Position numbers and translations under genes: made by a program. From the NCBI GenBank assembly GCA_051047955.1, contig JBPGPT010000006.1:310001-374000 (forward strand): 64,000 nucleotides of DNA, read 5' to 3'. A model generated the notes under the pieces. It worked only from the letters and a program-made list of their open reading frames with translations. It was not told where the DNA came from and ran no database searches. This DNA comes from Cystobasidiomycetes sp. EMM_F5. Lineage: Eukaryota. Below are positions 50,593 to 61,543 of this stretch, one piece after another. The stretch's first letter is position 1. Every line of letters starts with the position of its first letter.

Positions 50593-50970
50593 TCTGACAA
50601 ACACAGTGCGAGTAGAACTCGGGGGATGTTAGCTAGGAGTCAGTCATTTGGAGCGGGAAGCATCTGGTCTTCTCTGAGACTTGAATTGGCTGCCTTTGTC
50701 TCAGTACAGCTAATGGCAGCTCGTTTGGTGACAAAGAACTTGAGTGGTTTGGGGTTTCTGGGATGACTTACAACATGTCTGTCGAACTTGACCAACTCTC
50801 TGCACGTCGTTGCAAAGGGCACGACATACTATTTACAAGAAGACTTACGGTAGACCAAGTCGCCCTGCAGCTCTCGTCTGTGTACAAGGGTATACGTAAA
50901 AGATTTCAACGAGAAAGGTTCCTACTACATGACCAGCGATGTCCTGCCAGTGTCTCCGAAGACTCTCAGA

Positions 50971-52209
50971 CTACGCAGCTGACGGTGTCTGCTTTGCTTT
51001 CCATGCGTCCATCTCCCGCGTGTACTCATCCCTCTCCTTATTGAATGCCTCCAAGAAGGGTGCCTTCTCGGCATCTGAAGTCGACTTCCACATCTGGGCG
51101 AGCGCTCTCGCCTGGTCTGTCACCTTGACTTCGGAGAGGTTGTCTGTACCAAAGACTTCTCGAGACCTTGCGGGATCAGCTCGAATGGAGTTTGTCCATC
51201 TAATGTATGCATTTAGCGGTGCGGCTGGCTTTGTAGGATCCCTGTAAAACGCCGACTTCAGTGAGGGTATGCAGGCTTGATTTGGGACGACGCGACTCAC
51301 TTGATCAACTTTGACTTCTTCTTTGTCGGTCGAGCACGATTCTGCGACCGCCTGTAGAGGTTCTCGGCTTGAATCATCTCCGGAGTCACCTTGCTCATAT
51401 ATTCCGCGAGATCCTTCTCATATTGTACTCGCATCTCGGCGACGCGTCGATCCAAGTTCTGGAATAGATGATAGTCAGCTTGGGCGGATTGAGGTCTTAT
51501 CACACGTCCTGTGCAGCCGAATGTGCTGGCAGCCCGAGAGGAACACTCACATCCCGCTCGTCGCGCGACAATGCACGATACCTTTCTACTAGGCCCTTGG
51601 AGAGATCTACAACGTTCTTTCGTTCTTCCTTTGGCAGTTTCTGTTCGATATGTGTCAGTTGTACTATTGCTGCACGCGCTCTTTCGGCAGCTCCGGCTCA
51701 CTGCCAATTCTTCGGTATAGAAGAGCAGCCATGAACTGTTTATGCTCTTTGGCGGGTTGAGAACGCGCTTAGGTTTAGGTGGAGCCTCTACAAACGTATA
51801 ATTACTGCAATCAGTATCTGACTGCAAGTCCGCTGGGCGAGCCATCTCGCATACTCGGCTTTGCTGCCTTCTTTACGACGGGCTTCTTCGCGACGGCCTT
51901 CTTTGCTACGGGTTTCTTTGCGACGGGCTTCTTTGCAGTAGCTTTCTTTGTTCCTGCAGCTTTCGTACGGCCAGCCGAGCTAGCTGTTGCCTTCTTTGTT
52001 GCAGCTTGCGTTGTCGATTTCGGGGCGCCCGTCTTGGTCGCAGCATTTGCAGATGCTACAGCCAATACAGAGCCGTGCAGTTTTCGCTGGGGTATGGCCA
52101 GTCTTGCACTGTTTCCACCAGCCCGAAGGAGGGTCAGGCTGTTGCGACCCGCCGTCCCGTGCACGCTCAGAGTCCGCAGACCGAGCGAGATGGCCGATAA
52201 CCGGTACAT
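50971..52209 (-). CDS. Mitochondrial two-HMG-box nucleoid protein (Abf2/TFAM-like)
   Basis: Presequence MYRLSAISLGLRTL..; HMG1 PPKSINSSWLLFYTEE..YRALSRDER; HMG2 DPTKPAAPLNAYIRW..LAQMWKSTSDAEKAPF..YTREMDAWK. Confidence 0.82.
51860..51960 (-). repeat. Coding 15-bp-period repeat encoding AKKP(V/A) units
   Basis: KKATAKKPVAKKPVAKKAVAKKPVVKKAAK in the HMG protein. Confidence 0.8.
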
Positions 52210-52748
52210 GGCTACTCAGTTGTGCAGCAGCAGTGATGAGTTGTCTTGTGCTATCGAATCAAACGAAAGCTCGAACGGCCTGTGTCGTTCTGGGTCTTGC
52301 ATGTGATCGGCGACATTGAACTTCCAAGAATGGCTGCATAGACCCCGAGGCTTGGTAATGGTCAGCGCACACAGCTAACAACAGCTAACGAGTGATGGAA
52401 AACTAACCCGGGTTGAACTGAACAGACTCCTGTGCCTTGGCGACCCGGAAATCGTCCTGTGCGTCTAGCACAAATGCGGGGCTAATAAGCACTGAGGAGC
52501 TTTCGATAGTCTGCACGATGCTGCCATCATACATGTCTGGCTTCTTCGGCTATTCACGAACAAAATCCCGCCCTGTCAGACTAGCGAGTGTTTGAATCGA
52601 TTCAGTTTGACGGATGGAACTTGAATGAGTCAGACTCAGCAGGCACTTTCAGTGCTCGGACTTAGCTCTTCCTCCTTTGCTACACACCTCTGTCTGACTC
52701 TGACAGTATTTCAAAACCTGAGACCGACCCACTCCTCCTTTCCACGAT

Positions 52749-53562
52749 ATGCAGAACGCACCAAATCATACAGCCAAAATCACGAATGTCGGCGAAAACG
52801 ACTGGAAAGCCGTCGCGGCCGTAGAACTCCATACTCTCCGCGATGGTAACGGCTCCATTTATACCAGTCGTTTCCCTCCGCATCTGCATGATCCGAATCG
52901 TAACGACGAGCAACGCGTCAATCAGATTGCTGTAGCTCGCAAGTGTCAACCTGGCCCCGAAAGATTCGTCAGAATGGTTGTCGAACCCTCCGACGCTATT
53001 GTAGGCTTTTCAAGCTGGTCGTATGTTCATCCAGTTCCCATCGGGTATGGAGCAGTCGCTTCGTCAAACGGGACAATCACAACATCACAGCCAACATCGC
53101 TATCGAAAGCTTTTGAGCAGGATCCTGAATTTGATCACGTATTGGCTACCGAAGCTAGCCGGCAATTACGCTCGAAACTTGCTCAGCATTTTCCGCATAC
53201 CGGTCGATGGTAAGCTGACGGACCGTACTGAAGCGAAATGCGTGGCCAGAAAATGCTGAACTCTATTTATCACTAGGCATCTCGGTTGTATGGTCGTGCA
53301 CCCGGATCATCAAGGCCGAGGCTACGGGAAATCGCTGATGGAGGACGGCCTGAGGTTCATTGAACAGAGCCAATACCCTGACACAAGTATAACGCTCATC
53401 TCTGAAGATGGCAAGCAATCCTTTTATGAAAAGCACGGCTTCAAGGTTCTAGAATGGGTCGAGGTGGAAAAGCCTCAGCAGCCAGGTGCCATGTACAGAT
53501 GGCCCTTAATGATGCGTACAGGTGCAGCTGAGGCTAAAGAGAAAGCAATGAAAAAGTTGTGA
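52749..53562 (+). CDS. GNAT-family N-acetyltransferase, copy A
   Basis: IVGFSSW, W-HLGCMVVHPDHQGRGYGKSLM (motif A), SFYEKHGF, WPLMMR; ends AMKKL*. Confidence 0.88.
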
Positions 53563-53572
53563 GAGCACTGAG

Positions 53573-53665
53573 TTGCTCAAACAACGGACTCCCAACGTTT
53601 GTCACCACAATTCTAGCCCTTGCTCAAACAACGGACTCCCAACGTTTGTCACCACAATTCTAGCC
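53573..53665. repeat. Perfect 46-bp direct repeat (two copies, 47-bp period)
   Basis: ttgctcaaacaacggactcccaacgtttgtcaccacaattctagcc at 53573-53618 and 53620-53665. Confidence 0.95.
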
Positions 53666-53741
53666 GTACAACGGTACAACCGAAAATGTGTTCCTTCCGA
53701 CTTGATCGGTGACTCGATGCACCTCCATCTTACACCACATC

Positions 53742-54688
53742 ATGTCAATGCTTCAAACCCGTCCGATATTTCACGTCTGTCGATATATCGCGGCTCCTGT
53801 ATTTCCTGTAACACTAGCCTCTCGCTTCAGCTCCCTCCTTGCGCGTCACACTTACCTACGCCTTCCAATACCTCCTCCGCTCGTGACTCTTTCGGATGTA
53901 TCTCCAGAGGATTCCATCGAGACTGCACACTTGGATCTCATCACAAGTCAAGCATCAACGGGTACCTTTTACCGTGCATGCTTCCCGGAGCGCCTGCGAG
54001 TAGCATCGCGTACACAAGAAGACAGAGTGCAACGGCTTGTCAAGCAAGAGGAGGATTTCATGCCAAGCAGAACTTCTATATATCGCAAAGCTCGCGCACC
54101 ATGCGGCACCATCGTCGGTACAATTTGTGCCAAGACGCCTGCCGAGTCCCCCTTTTTCGACGAGTCCACCAGTGCTACAACGAGTAGCGATGTCAGAGAT
54201 ATTGACTTCGACGACATAAATCTGCCCGAACTGCCGCCAGATTGCCCGCTCCGTGACGACGAGGAATGCGATACTATTCTGGTCCGAGTAATCGGCCTTA
54301 TGGAAATCATCATGAGTGTAAAAGAGTTCAAGAAGAAACCGACCTGGTAGGTTGAGAATCAACTTTTCCGCCACGCTGCGCCAAACGTGCTAAATCTGGC
54401 CTGCTTCAACCCCAAAGGGACATTGTTACGCTCCAGGTTCATCCAGACTGGCAGCGCAGAGGAATCGGTAGTCTACTCCTCGATGACTGCATCCGTAGCA
54501 TCAAGCAGAGCCGTTGGCCATTATTGCCCATTGCCGTCACCGCCGACACCAATGCCGAAGGTTTCTATCGCAAGCATGGCTTTAGAACGTTTGATCATAT
54601 TCGAGTCAGCACATCGTACAATCAGCAAGGAGATCAGGTCAAAACTGAGTACGCTTGGCCGCTCATGAGGAAGAACCTTTCATTGTAA
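53742..54688 (+). CDS. GNAT-family N-acetyltransferase, copy B (N-terminal extension)
   Basis: IVGTI, W-DIVTLQVHPDWQRRGIGSLLL, GFYRKHGF, WPLMRK. Intron splits the same Trp codon as in copy A. Confidence 0.85.
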
Positions 54689-54934
54689 ATGCTGTCAAGG
54701 TGTTGTTCATGTAGTACTTGTTGAGGACACACTCTTCGCCTATGAAACACCCCTCTTTCTAGTACCCGTCAGACGCACGACAAGGCTCGGGTCTCAGACT
54801 GAAGTTTGTTTGGGTCGTGTATGGCCTCCATCTCGTTGTGACAGCCCACGCAAAGGGTGACCCGACAACTTGCAACTTGCATCACTAACCTGGCACAACG
54901 TTAATGTAGTAACAACAATCAGCGCGCGACACAA

Positions 54935-57208
54935 TCACATATCCTCGTCCTCATCTGGTACCGCTTGAGGTGCTCCAAAAAAGCTCGCGAAGTCATAGGG
55001 GCGAGGAGCAGCGTTACTCGTATTCGCTTCGAGACTACCGAGCGAAGATGTCGCCAAAGCCATGGCAGCATCGTCAATGTCCCGACCAGTCTTTCTCTCC
55101 ACTTTCGCCTTGCGCTTCTTGTCCGCTTTGGCAAGCTGTTTCGCATTCTTCGTGATGTGGACGGGGGCTTCCGAACCATCGCCAAACATCTTCGCTGTCT
55201 GCGATGATGATGCGTTATTCGCTGTATCCTGGAATGCCACCTTTTTCTGCTTTGTATGAGGTGGCATCGAAACGACTTGCTGGCCAGCGTCTTCTGCGCG
55301 TCTGCGCTTCGTGCTCTTGGCCACCACTGACGCCATCGTAATATCTTCGTCATCTTCTTCTGCATCGTCACCATCTAGCCGAGCGATGTTTTCGCCAAGG
55401 AGCTGCAAGTTCCCGGCGTCCTCGTCAACCGCGATGCTCTCATTCAAGCGGACACTCGAGCCTGGGCCCATCTCCTGACTCGTCTTGAGGTCTGACAGGG
55501 CGCCAGTGTCAGCTTCGTTGAAAAGGTCGTCCAGACTGAATTCGGGTGCAAGCGATGTCACAATTGCTGCAGACCCAATGTCATCCCCGGCTCGTAGTGT
55601 AGATGACCCGGCTGATGCAGTACCGTTGTGGGTTGCTCTGCCAGTGGGAACCGCAGGCGGGACGGTGTAGTATGGAATACGACCAGCGTTCCAGTCACGC
55701 AGTACCATCTTGGCCGATCCTGGCAGATCGGGTACACCTCCTTTCTTGAGACGACCTCGAGACCTAGCAACACCAATTAAAAAGTCTTTTGCATCCGTAA
55801 ATGCCGGAATATTGTATAGCATCATGAGATGCTCCTTTCTGCACTTTCTGAGAATGACCTCGACCGGCGCTGTCGGATCTACAATTTTCTCCACAGCCAC
55901 ACAGTTGCGCAGCATAGTTTCTGCATTGGAATCGCCGCCTTCGTACACGACGCCCGGACAATCTAGGATTTTCAGACTGCCATCTAGCGAAACGACTTGA
56001 ACTTCCTTCGTGAAGCCGGGAGTGGGTGCGACAGCACAGGCCTTTGAACGTTTCAAGGTATTGATCAGACTCGATTTGCCGACGTTCGGGAAGCCAATGA
56101 CACCAATTGTGAGGGAACCGGAGCGAGAGTAATTTTTGAGAAGGGTGAGCAATGGTGAGGGGGATGTGGAAGATGCGCCGGCAGGTGTATGAGAAGTATT
56201 GCCAGAGGAAAGGTTGGTGCGTTGTGATTGTGTAGAGGACTTGAACGGAAGCGTAGGGAATGATAATCGGAGGTGCTTGAGCCAGGCTTCAACATTCTCC
56301 TTCGGGACGAGGTCTGTCAACGGTACTAGATTTAGCAGACACGGGAATTACAGCTGCGACCAGACGCACCAATCTTGTTGAGCACCAAGACGAGCTTCTT
56401 GCCGTGCACTTGAACAGCCTCCCGCTCTATCTTCCTACTCCTTGTCCCTTCGGGATCCCGAGCGTCCAGAACTTGCACAATGACATCGCTCTTCCCGATA
56501 ACGTCCCGCAGACTTCTGGCATGTAATCTCAAGCTGGCAGAGATGCCGACTTCCTCCTCGTCCTCGTCCATGTCGCTGTCGTCTCCATCTGACATTGTCT
56601 CAAAGCCGTCTTCATCATCGTCGGCATATGGATTTGCCGAATCTGCCAGAGCAGCGAGAGAAGGGTCGGGCAGGCCCAGAGATGCAGCTTGATGTGCAGC
56701 TTTCTGCTGCTCCCTTCGGAGTAGCTTGTCTTGCTCTCGCTGTGACCAAATATCAGCTTGAGCAGGTATCAGTCATGCTAAGAAATAGACCTACTCGAAT
56801 CTTAGCTTGAGCTGCTTCTGCCAGTATTTGATCCTTGAACGGAAATTTGCTGGGTATACCGAGGTCTTGCTCCTTGCCTGTCAAATTGACAGGTATTAAT
56901 TGACGACATTCGGCGCCACTTGCGAAAATTTAGCACGACTCCTCTACGCACGGTTGCTCTTCCAAGTAATGTCCTTCTTGGCAGTCTTCTTCTGCTTGCG
57001 TTTCGCTTCAGACACCTTCTTCTTGACCTTCTCCCGCTGTGGATGGCCAGTTACGATGTAAATTTTTGCGCATTGTACCGCTAAGAGTCGCGACTTACGA
57101 GATGGGTTGTCCCCCGCTTCGAGGTCTGCGAGTACCATTGCAGCGTCAGTACAGGCCACGACTCCACTTCCAGCAGCTCATTCTGACCTTCTTGCGTATC
57201 TTTGGCAT
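54935..57208 (-). CDS. NUG1: Nucleolar circularly permuted GTPase Nug1/GNL3 (nucleostemin family)
   Basis: MPKIRKK start, KEQDLGIPSKFPFKDQIL, VIVQVLDARDPEGTR, G4 NKID, G1 GFPNVGKSSLINTLKRSKAC, DCPG, RDWNAGRIPYYT. Confidence 0.94.
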
Positions 57209-57341
57209 ACTGTCCGACACTTGATCGGGTTGGCAGCACCAAGACAGCCAGAGCCAGCACTTTTCGAGCTTGAATCCCACCAATTCTGCACGGCTGGCAG
57301 CGGTCACTGCGAAACTTGAGGCTGCTCGATATTTGGTCACT

Positions 57342-57894
57342 ATGCCCGTCCCGTGGGAGGTGAGCGCTTACCGGGTTCCGATAGGAGCGACGACGGCTGA
57401 GCTGGCTTATGGTCTGCAGGCGCTCATTCCGTTTGGTAGGGCACTGCATATGGATGACTGGCGCACCAGCAACTAATGACTTACTCCGCCCTCTCTAGGT
57501 CTCTTGACCGTCATGGTGCGCGGAGTAGGCAGACAGAAGCAAGCGAGAGTGATTGACGCTGTACATGCAGTTCGCAGGGACAGGGACTCTCTTCAGCGCA
57601 CTCAAGCGTGCAACAAACGATGGCAAGGTGTGTTTACAGCCCGCCGTTATACACCAAAGCAATACGCTGAGAACGGCTGTCATACAGCCGCCGCGGTATG
57701 GTCTGGATGATTGGGAACGAAACATGATGGAACGGGATCGCAGGCTGACCGGAAGCTTACGAGGTCAAAGTGTATGTCCCTTGTACTCTGCTCATGTCCC
57801 GGCCGCTACTCACTAGCAGTGTGTTTGCTAGACTGAACCCGTAGCGCCAAAAGACTTTGCGACAAACTCGGTGTGGGGAACCGAGAAGATCTAG
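57342..57894 (+). CDS. NDUFA1: NADH:ubiquinone oxidoreductase subunit NDUFA1/MWFE (84 aa, six exons)
   Basis: Spliced MPVPWE-ALIPFG-LLTVM-FAGTGTLFSALKRATNDGK-PPRYGLDDWERNMMERDRRLTGSLRGQS-TEPVAPKDFATNSVWGTEKI*. Confidence 0.92.
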
Positions 57895-58226
57895 ATGTAT
57901 ATTCAGTGTATACTTGCGAGCTGGCGGCCAGAATCAGATTATATGTGATGAACAGGATCTGAGTTCCATTACGGCGCTAATTGCTCCAAACAGCTGAATG
58001 ACCTTTTGCAATTTCACATGACACAGTAGAATCCAGTGGATTTGGGCGACTGTTGCCAGTATTCTTAGGTCGCAGTACAAAGTGGCTCGCGCACATTCTT
58101 CGGACCCTATCGTGATCTTCGCTACAAAAGGCTAAATTCCCAAATCAATCTCATGTTCATGATATATCCGACGTCTTCAGTTGCAACCAAGTCGTCAATC
58201 CCATTACTTCTTCCAGGAAATCCCAA

Positions 58227-60558
58227 TCAGAACCTGATGTCCTTGTTCTCCTTATCCTTGGGATATGGAGCGTTCTTGTCCGTCATGCCGAGAAGCTGCT
58301 GCTGAATCTGCAGAGCCACCAAGCGCGAATAGCATCGTGCTTGGAAGAAGTTGCCGCACTGGAGCCAGAATCCTGGAACGCCGCTGTTGCGCCAGACAGT
58401 GTGGATTTCACCTTGCTTGTCAAATGACCAGCAAGTACCGACTTTGTCTGCTACTTCAGGGCCCACAACTTTGCGGACGGTGTCGCGCATGGAGCCGTAT
58501 CCTGTAGCCAGGACAATAATGTCGGCCTCGCGGAAGTCGCCATCTGCAAATTCGATGCCGTTCTCCGTGATGCGCTTGATTTCTTGACCCTGTTTCACCT
58601 TGATCTTGCCATCGGCAATTAGCTGCGAGCACCCCACATCCAGGTAGTAGCCTCCTCCGTCGCGGAAGTACTATAGTGCCCCTCGTCAGAACGGTCATCG
58701 TTCCTGTCAGGGTGGAATTACATACCTTCATGAACAATCCGGAGTTGTAGCGATTCAGCTTGAAGCCAGCTTTCTCCAAGCCGTCCAAGATGTCCTTGTC
58801 GAGCTGCTCGACCTTTGCAGTCGAGATCTTGTGGAATTCCGCCACCAGCTCTGTCGGTAAAGAAGTAAAGAGAATATCGGCATCATCGATGGGCGGGCCG
58901 CCTTCTTGGTAGAATCCGTTCAGCCACGCTGGCAAACCGTGCTTTGATGACACCACGTAGGTGCTGCTTCTCTGGACTATAGTCGTATCCGCACCATATT
59001 CGTAAAATTGCGCCGCAATGTCGTGACCGGAGTTGCAACATCCCACGACGATAGCTTTCTTGCCTTCCCATCCCTCAGCGCCCTTGTGCTTGCTCGAGTG
59101 GGGCATAGGACCCTTGAAAGTTTCCATTCCTTCAAACTTGGGCATACGAGCCTCACCAGAGAAGCCTGTAGCTAGCACTAGATGCTTGACTTTCATTTCT
59201 CTCGGCTGATGTCCCTCTCGGACGACCGTAGTAGTCCAGGTCTGGGACTTTTCATCGTATGTTGCGCCACCCTGAATGGTAGAGGAAGTCCAGACGTTCA
59301 ATTCCATGGCCTCAGCATAATGCTTGAACCACGAGGCAAGCTTGTCTTTTGGAGTAAAAATTGGCCAGTGCGCCGGATAGGGTAGGTAGGGCTGGTCCAT
59401 GCACTAAGCGCAGTCCACGAACTTATGATAAATTGGCACTCACGAAATGATCCGCATAGACCGGATCATGTAAAACGAGATTGTGATATCTCTGCAAGTG
59501 CTCCTCAGTCAGCGAGAATTGGTAGACGATCAAGACTCTACTCACGTTTGCCCAGTTGTCGCCGATATTAGGATTGCGTTCGACAACCAACGTCGGGATA
59601 CCGAGGGCTGTCAGACGAGCGGCTAGCATAAGTCCATTCTGTCCAGCGCCGACGATAAGAACGGCCGGATCGTTCTTCTCGAACTTGACCTTTTCCTTAC
59701 GCTTTTATAGGGACGAATAGTAAGCGAACACAATCCCGCCTGAAACAAATCCGGGTTACCACGTACCAGCTCCAACCAGTTCTTTGAATGTCCGCCTTCT
59801 TCGTGGATTTCAGCGCCTGTCGGTCGACGTTCATACGCAAACTCTTCGTGACCTTTAACTTCCCACAGAGTCTGTTATAAGCGCGAGATTAGTGATGAGG
59901 CTTGAATGTGCGTGCATGTACTCACCGTGAAGAACGTGAAGGCACGGGTAAATTTACCGTCTTCTTGCTGGAGGCGCAAGAGTCCTTTGCCACGGGTTTT
60001 GGGAGTCTCATAAGTAAGGTATGCTCTAGAGACATACGAGGATTAGTGACACATCGGAAGGAAATGCCTGGCAACGCACTGTGCCCATGTCATTTCATCG
60101 TCGACTGGCACAATAGAAGCATCTGCTGCTCTGATGACCTTCAGATTGCGAATCTCTGGGAATCCGTGCTTGGCGAGACCCTCCTTGATTTGCGATTCTA
60201 TAGCAAAATATTCAGTGTCTGTCTCAATGCATCGGTGTTTTACTCACTTCTGTACGAGTTGAAGTCGACGGCATCGATAGTGAGCATGTCTCTCCACCAT
60301 CCGTTATCGACGAAGAGATTGGCCAAAGCGTCGGCATCCTTCTTGTCTAATGCTGCTTGGAACTTTACAACCCATTGATGGCATGCCTTGGCCGCTTCCA
60401 TCGGCTTGATTGATGGATTGTCGAAACCTGGCAATGCGGGACACGTTAGCGTTTTGTCCCGAGCACAGAAGTATACTGACAGGCGCACCTGGAGCTGATA
60501 TGTGTTCAAATTTCATCTCCGGGGCGCCTTTCATGCCGGACACGTCTGCAGCGGCCAT
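58227..60558 (-). CDS. Class B flavoprotein monooxygenase, type II FMO/YUCCA-like, with N-terminal NTF2/SnoaL-like extension
   Basis: LFVDNGWWRDML extension; FAD motif VLIVGAGQNG; IGDNWANRYHNLVLHDP; LATG; fingerprint FKGPMPHSSKH; NAD(P)H motif VVGCCNSG; DIIVLATGY. Confidence 0.9.
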
Positions 60559-60706
60559 GATGAATACCACTCGTGAGCTTGTTTGACGGAGTTTTTGCAC
60601 TGAGATTGGGAGGCGAGAGTGCAGCGATGTACGAGTGCAAGATGATGATTCTTTTGATTCGTCTTAGAGCGAGTTGACAGGGTGACAAGCGTCTATGCAA
60701 AGGATG

Positions 60707-60904
60707 CGCGGCATTCGCCACATTGACCTCGCAGGACCACTCCGCCGCGGTGCTCCGAGCGGAATTTGTTGGAAAAGAACGCTTGTACAACAATCCCAAG
60801 ACCCATTTTCTAATCAACCTTCATAATTCCCTTAGTAGTCTACAAGCTCGCAGGGACTTCCCCGCGGCATTGTCTCCCCACACCCCGCTCTCCGCGGTGC
60901 TCCG
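60707..60904. promoter_or_regulatory. Duplicated CGG-rich cassette (putative Zn2Cys6 sites) overlapped by CreA/Mig1-type SYGGRG sites
   Basis: CCGCGGTGCTCCG at 60745-60757 and 60892-60904; CGCGGCATT at 60707 and 60863; minus-strand GCGGGG/GTGGGG/GCGGGG at 60860-65, 60876-81, 60883-88. Confidence 0.6.
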
Positions 60905-61543
60905 GAGTTGAAGTCTGTTGTCCACGGGGTACAGGTCCAGCCATCAGCCAAGGAGGGTCCCGAGCCATGGCAGTGCTACTGTCAAAAGCGATGCGTAGCT
61001 ATAGGCAGTCACGACGACGTTATGGGCACGCGATGTCGAGATTGGTCCGATTGTAAACTACAAACCCTTCTCTCAATATCCCAGGGGCAGCTACAGCTGA
61101 AGCGAGCTTTCGCAGCTTGCCGCAACGGCCAGATAGCGGATTATTCATTCTTGGGTGCAACTGCTGTAACAATGATCCATAGCCTTCAGTTGCATAACGC
61201 GTCAGCTCTGCATTTCCAACGTCTGCAAATGCGCAAGCGTACGGCTTGCAGAGCTAGTGTTATTTGCTTGGATAGAATGCGCCTATTATGCTCTGCGGTA
61301 ATATAGGCTGGGTCACGCCCCCTCGACAATTGCAAGTCCTGCGAGTCCAGGTGATCTAAAAGCTCCGGCCGGGATCAGCACGCCGCGCACTTATGAGAAT
61401 GCATCGGAAACCTACCGTGCATCTTGGATGCGACTGCAGAACAACGACGACGCGGCACTTTCTTCGTTCCACTTTGCACGCTTCCACGACAACACTCGCC
61501 TTTAATCTACGTATACACCGGGCGGTAAAGCAAGACACCGCCA

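Noticed and set aside
53573..53665. Direct repeat as a CRISPR array or transposon end
   Set aside because: Only two copies with a 1-nt spacer, in a eukaryotic context, with no cas, transposase or terminal inverted repeats.
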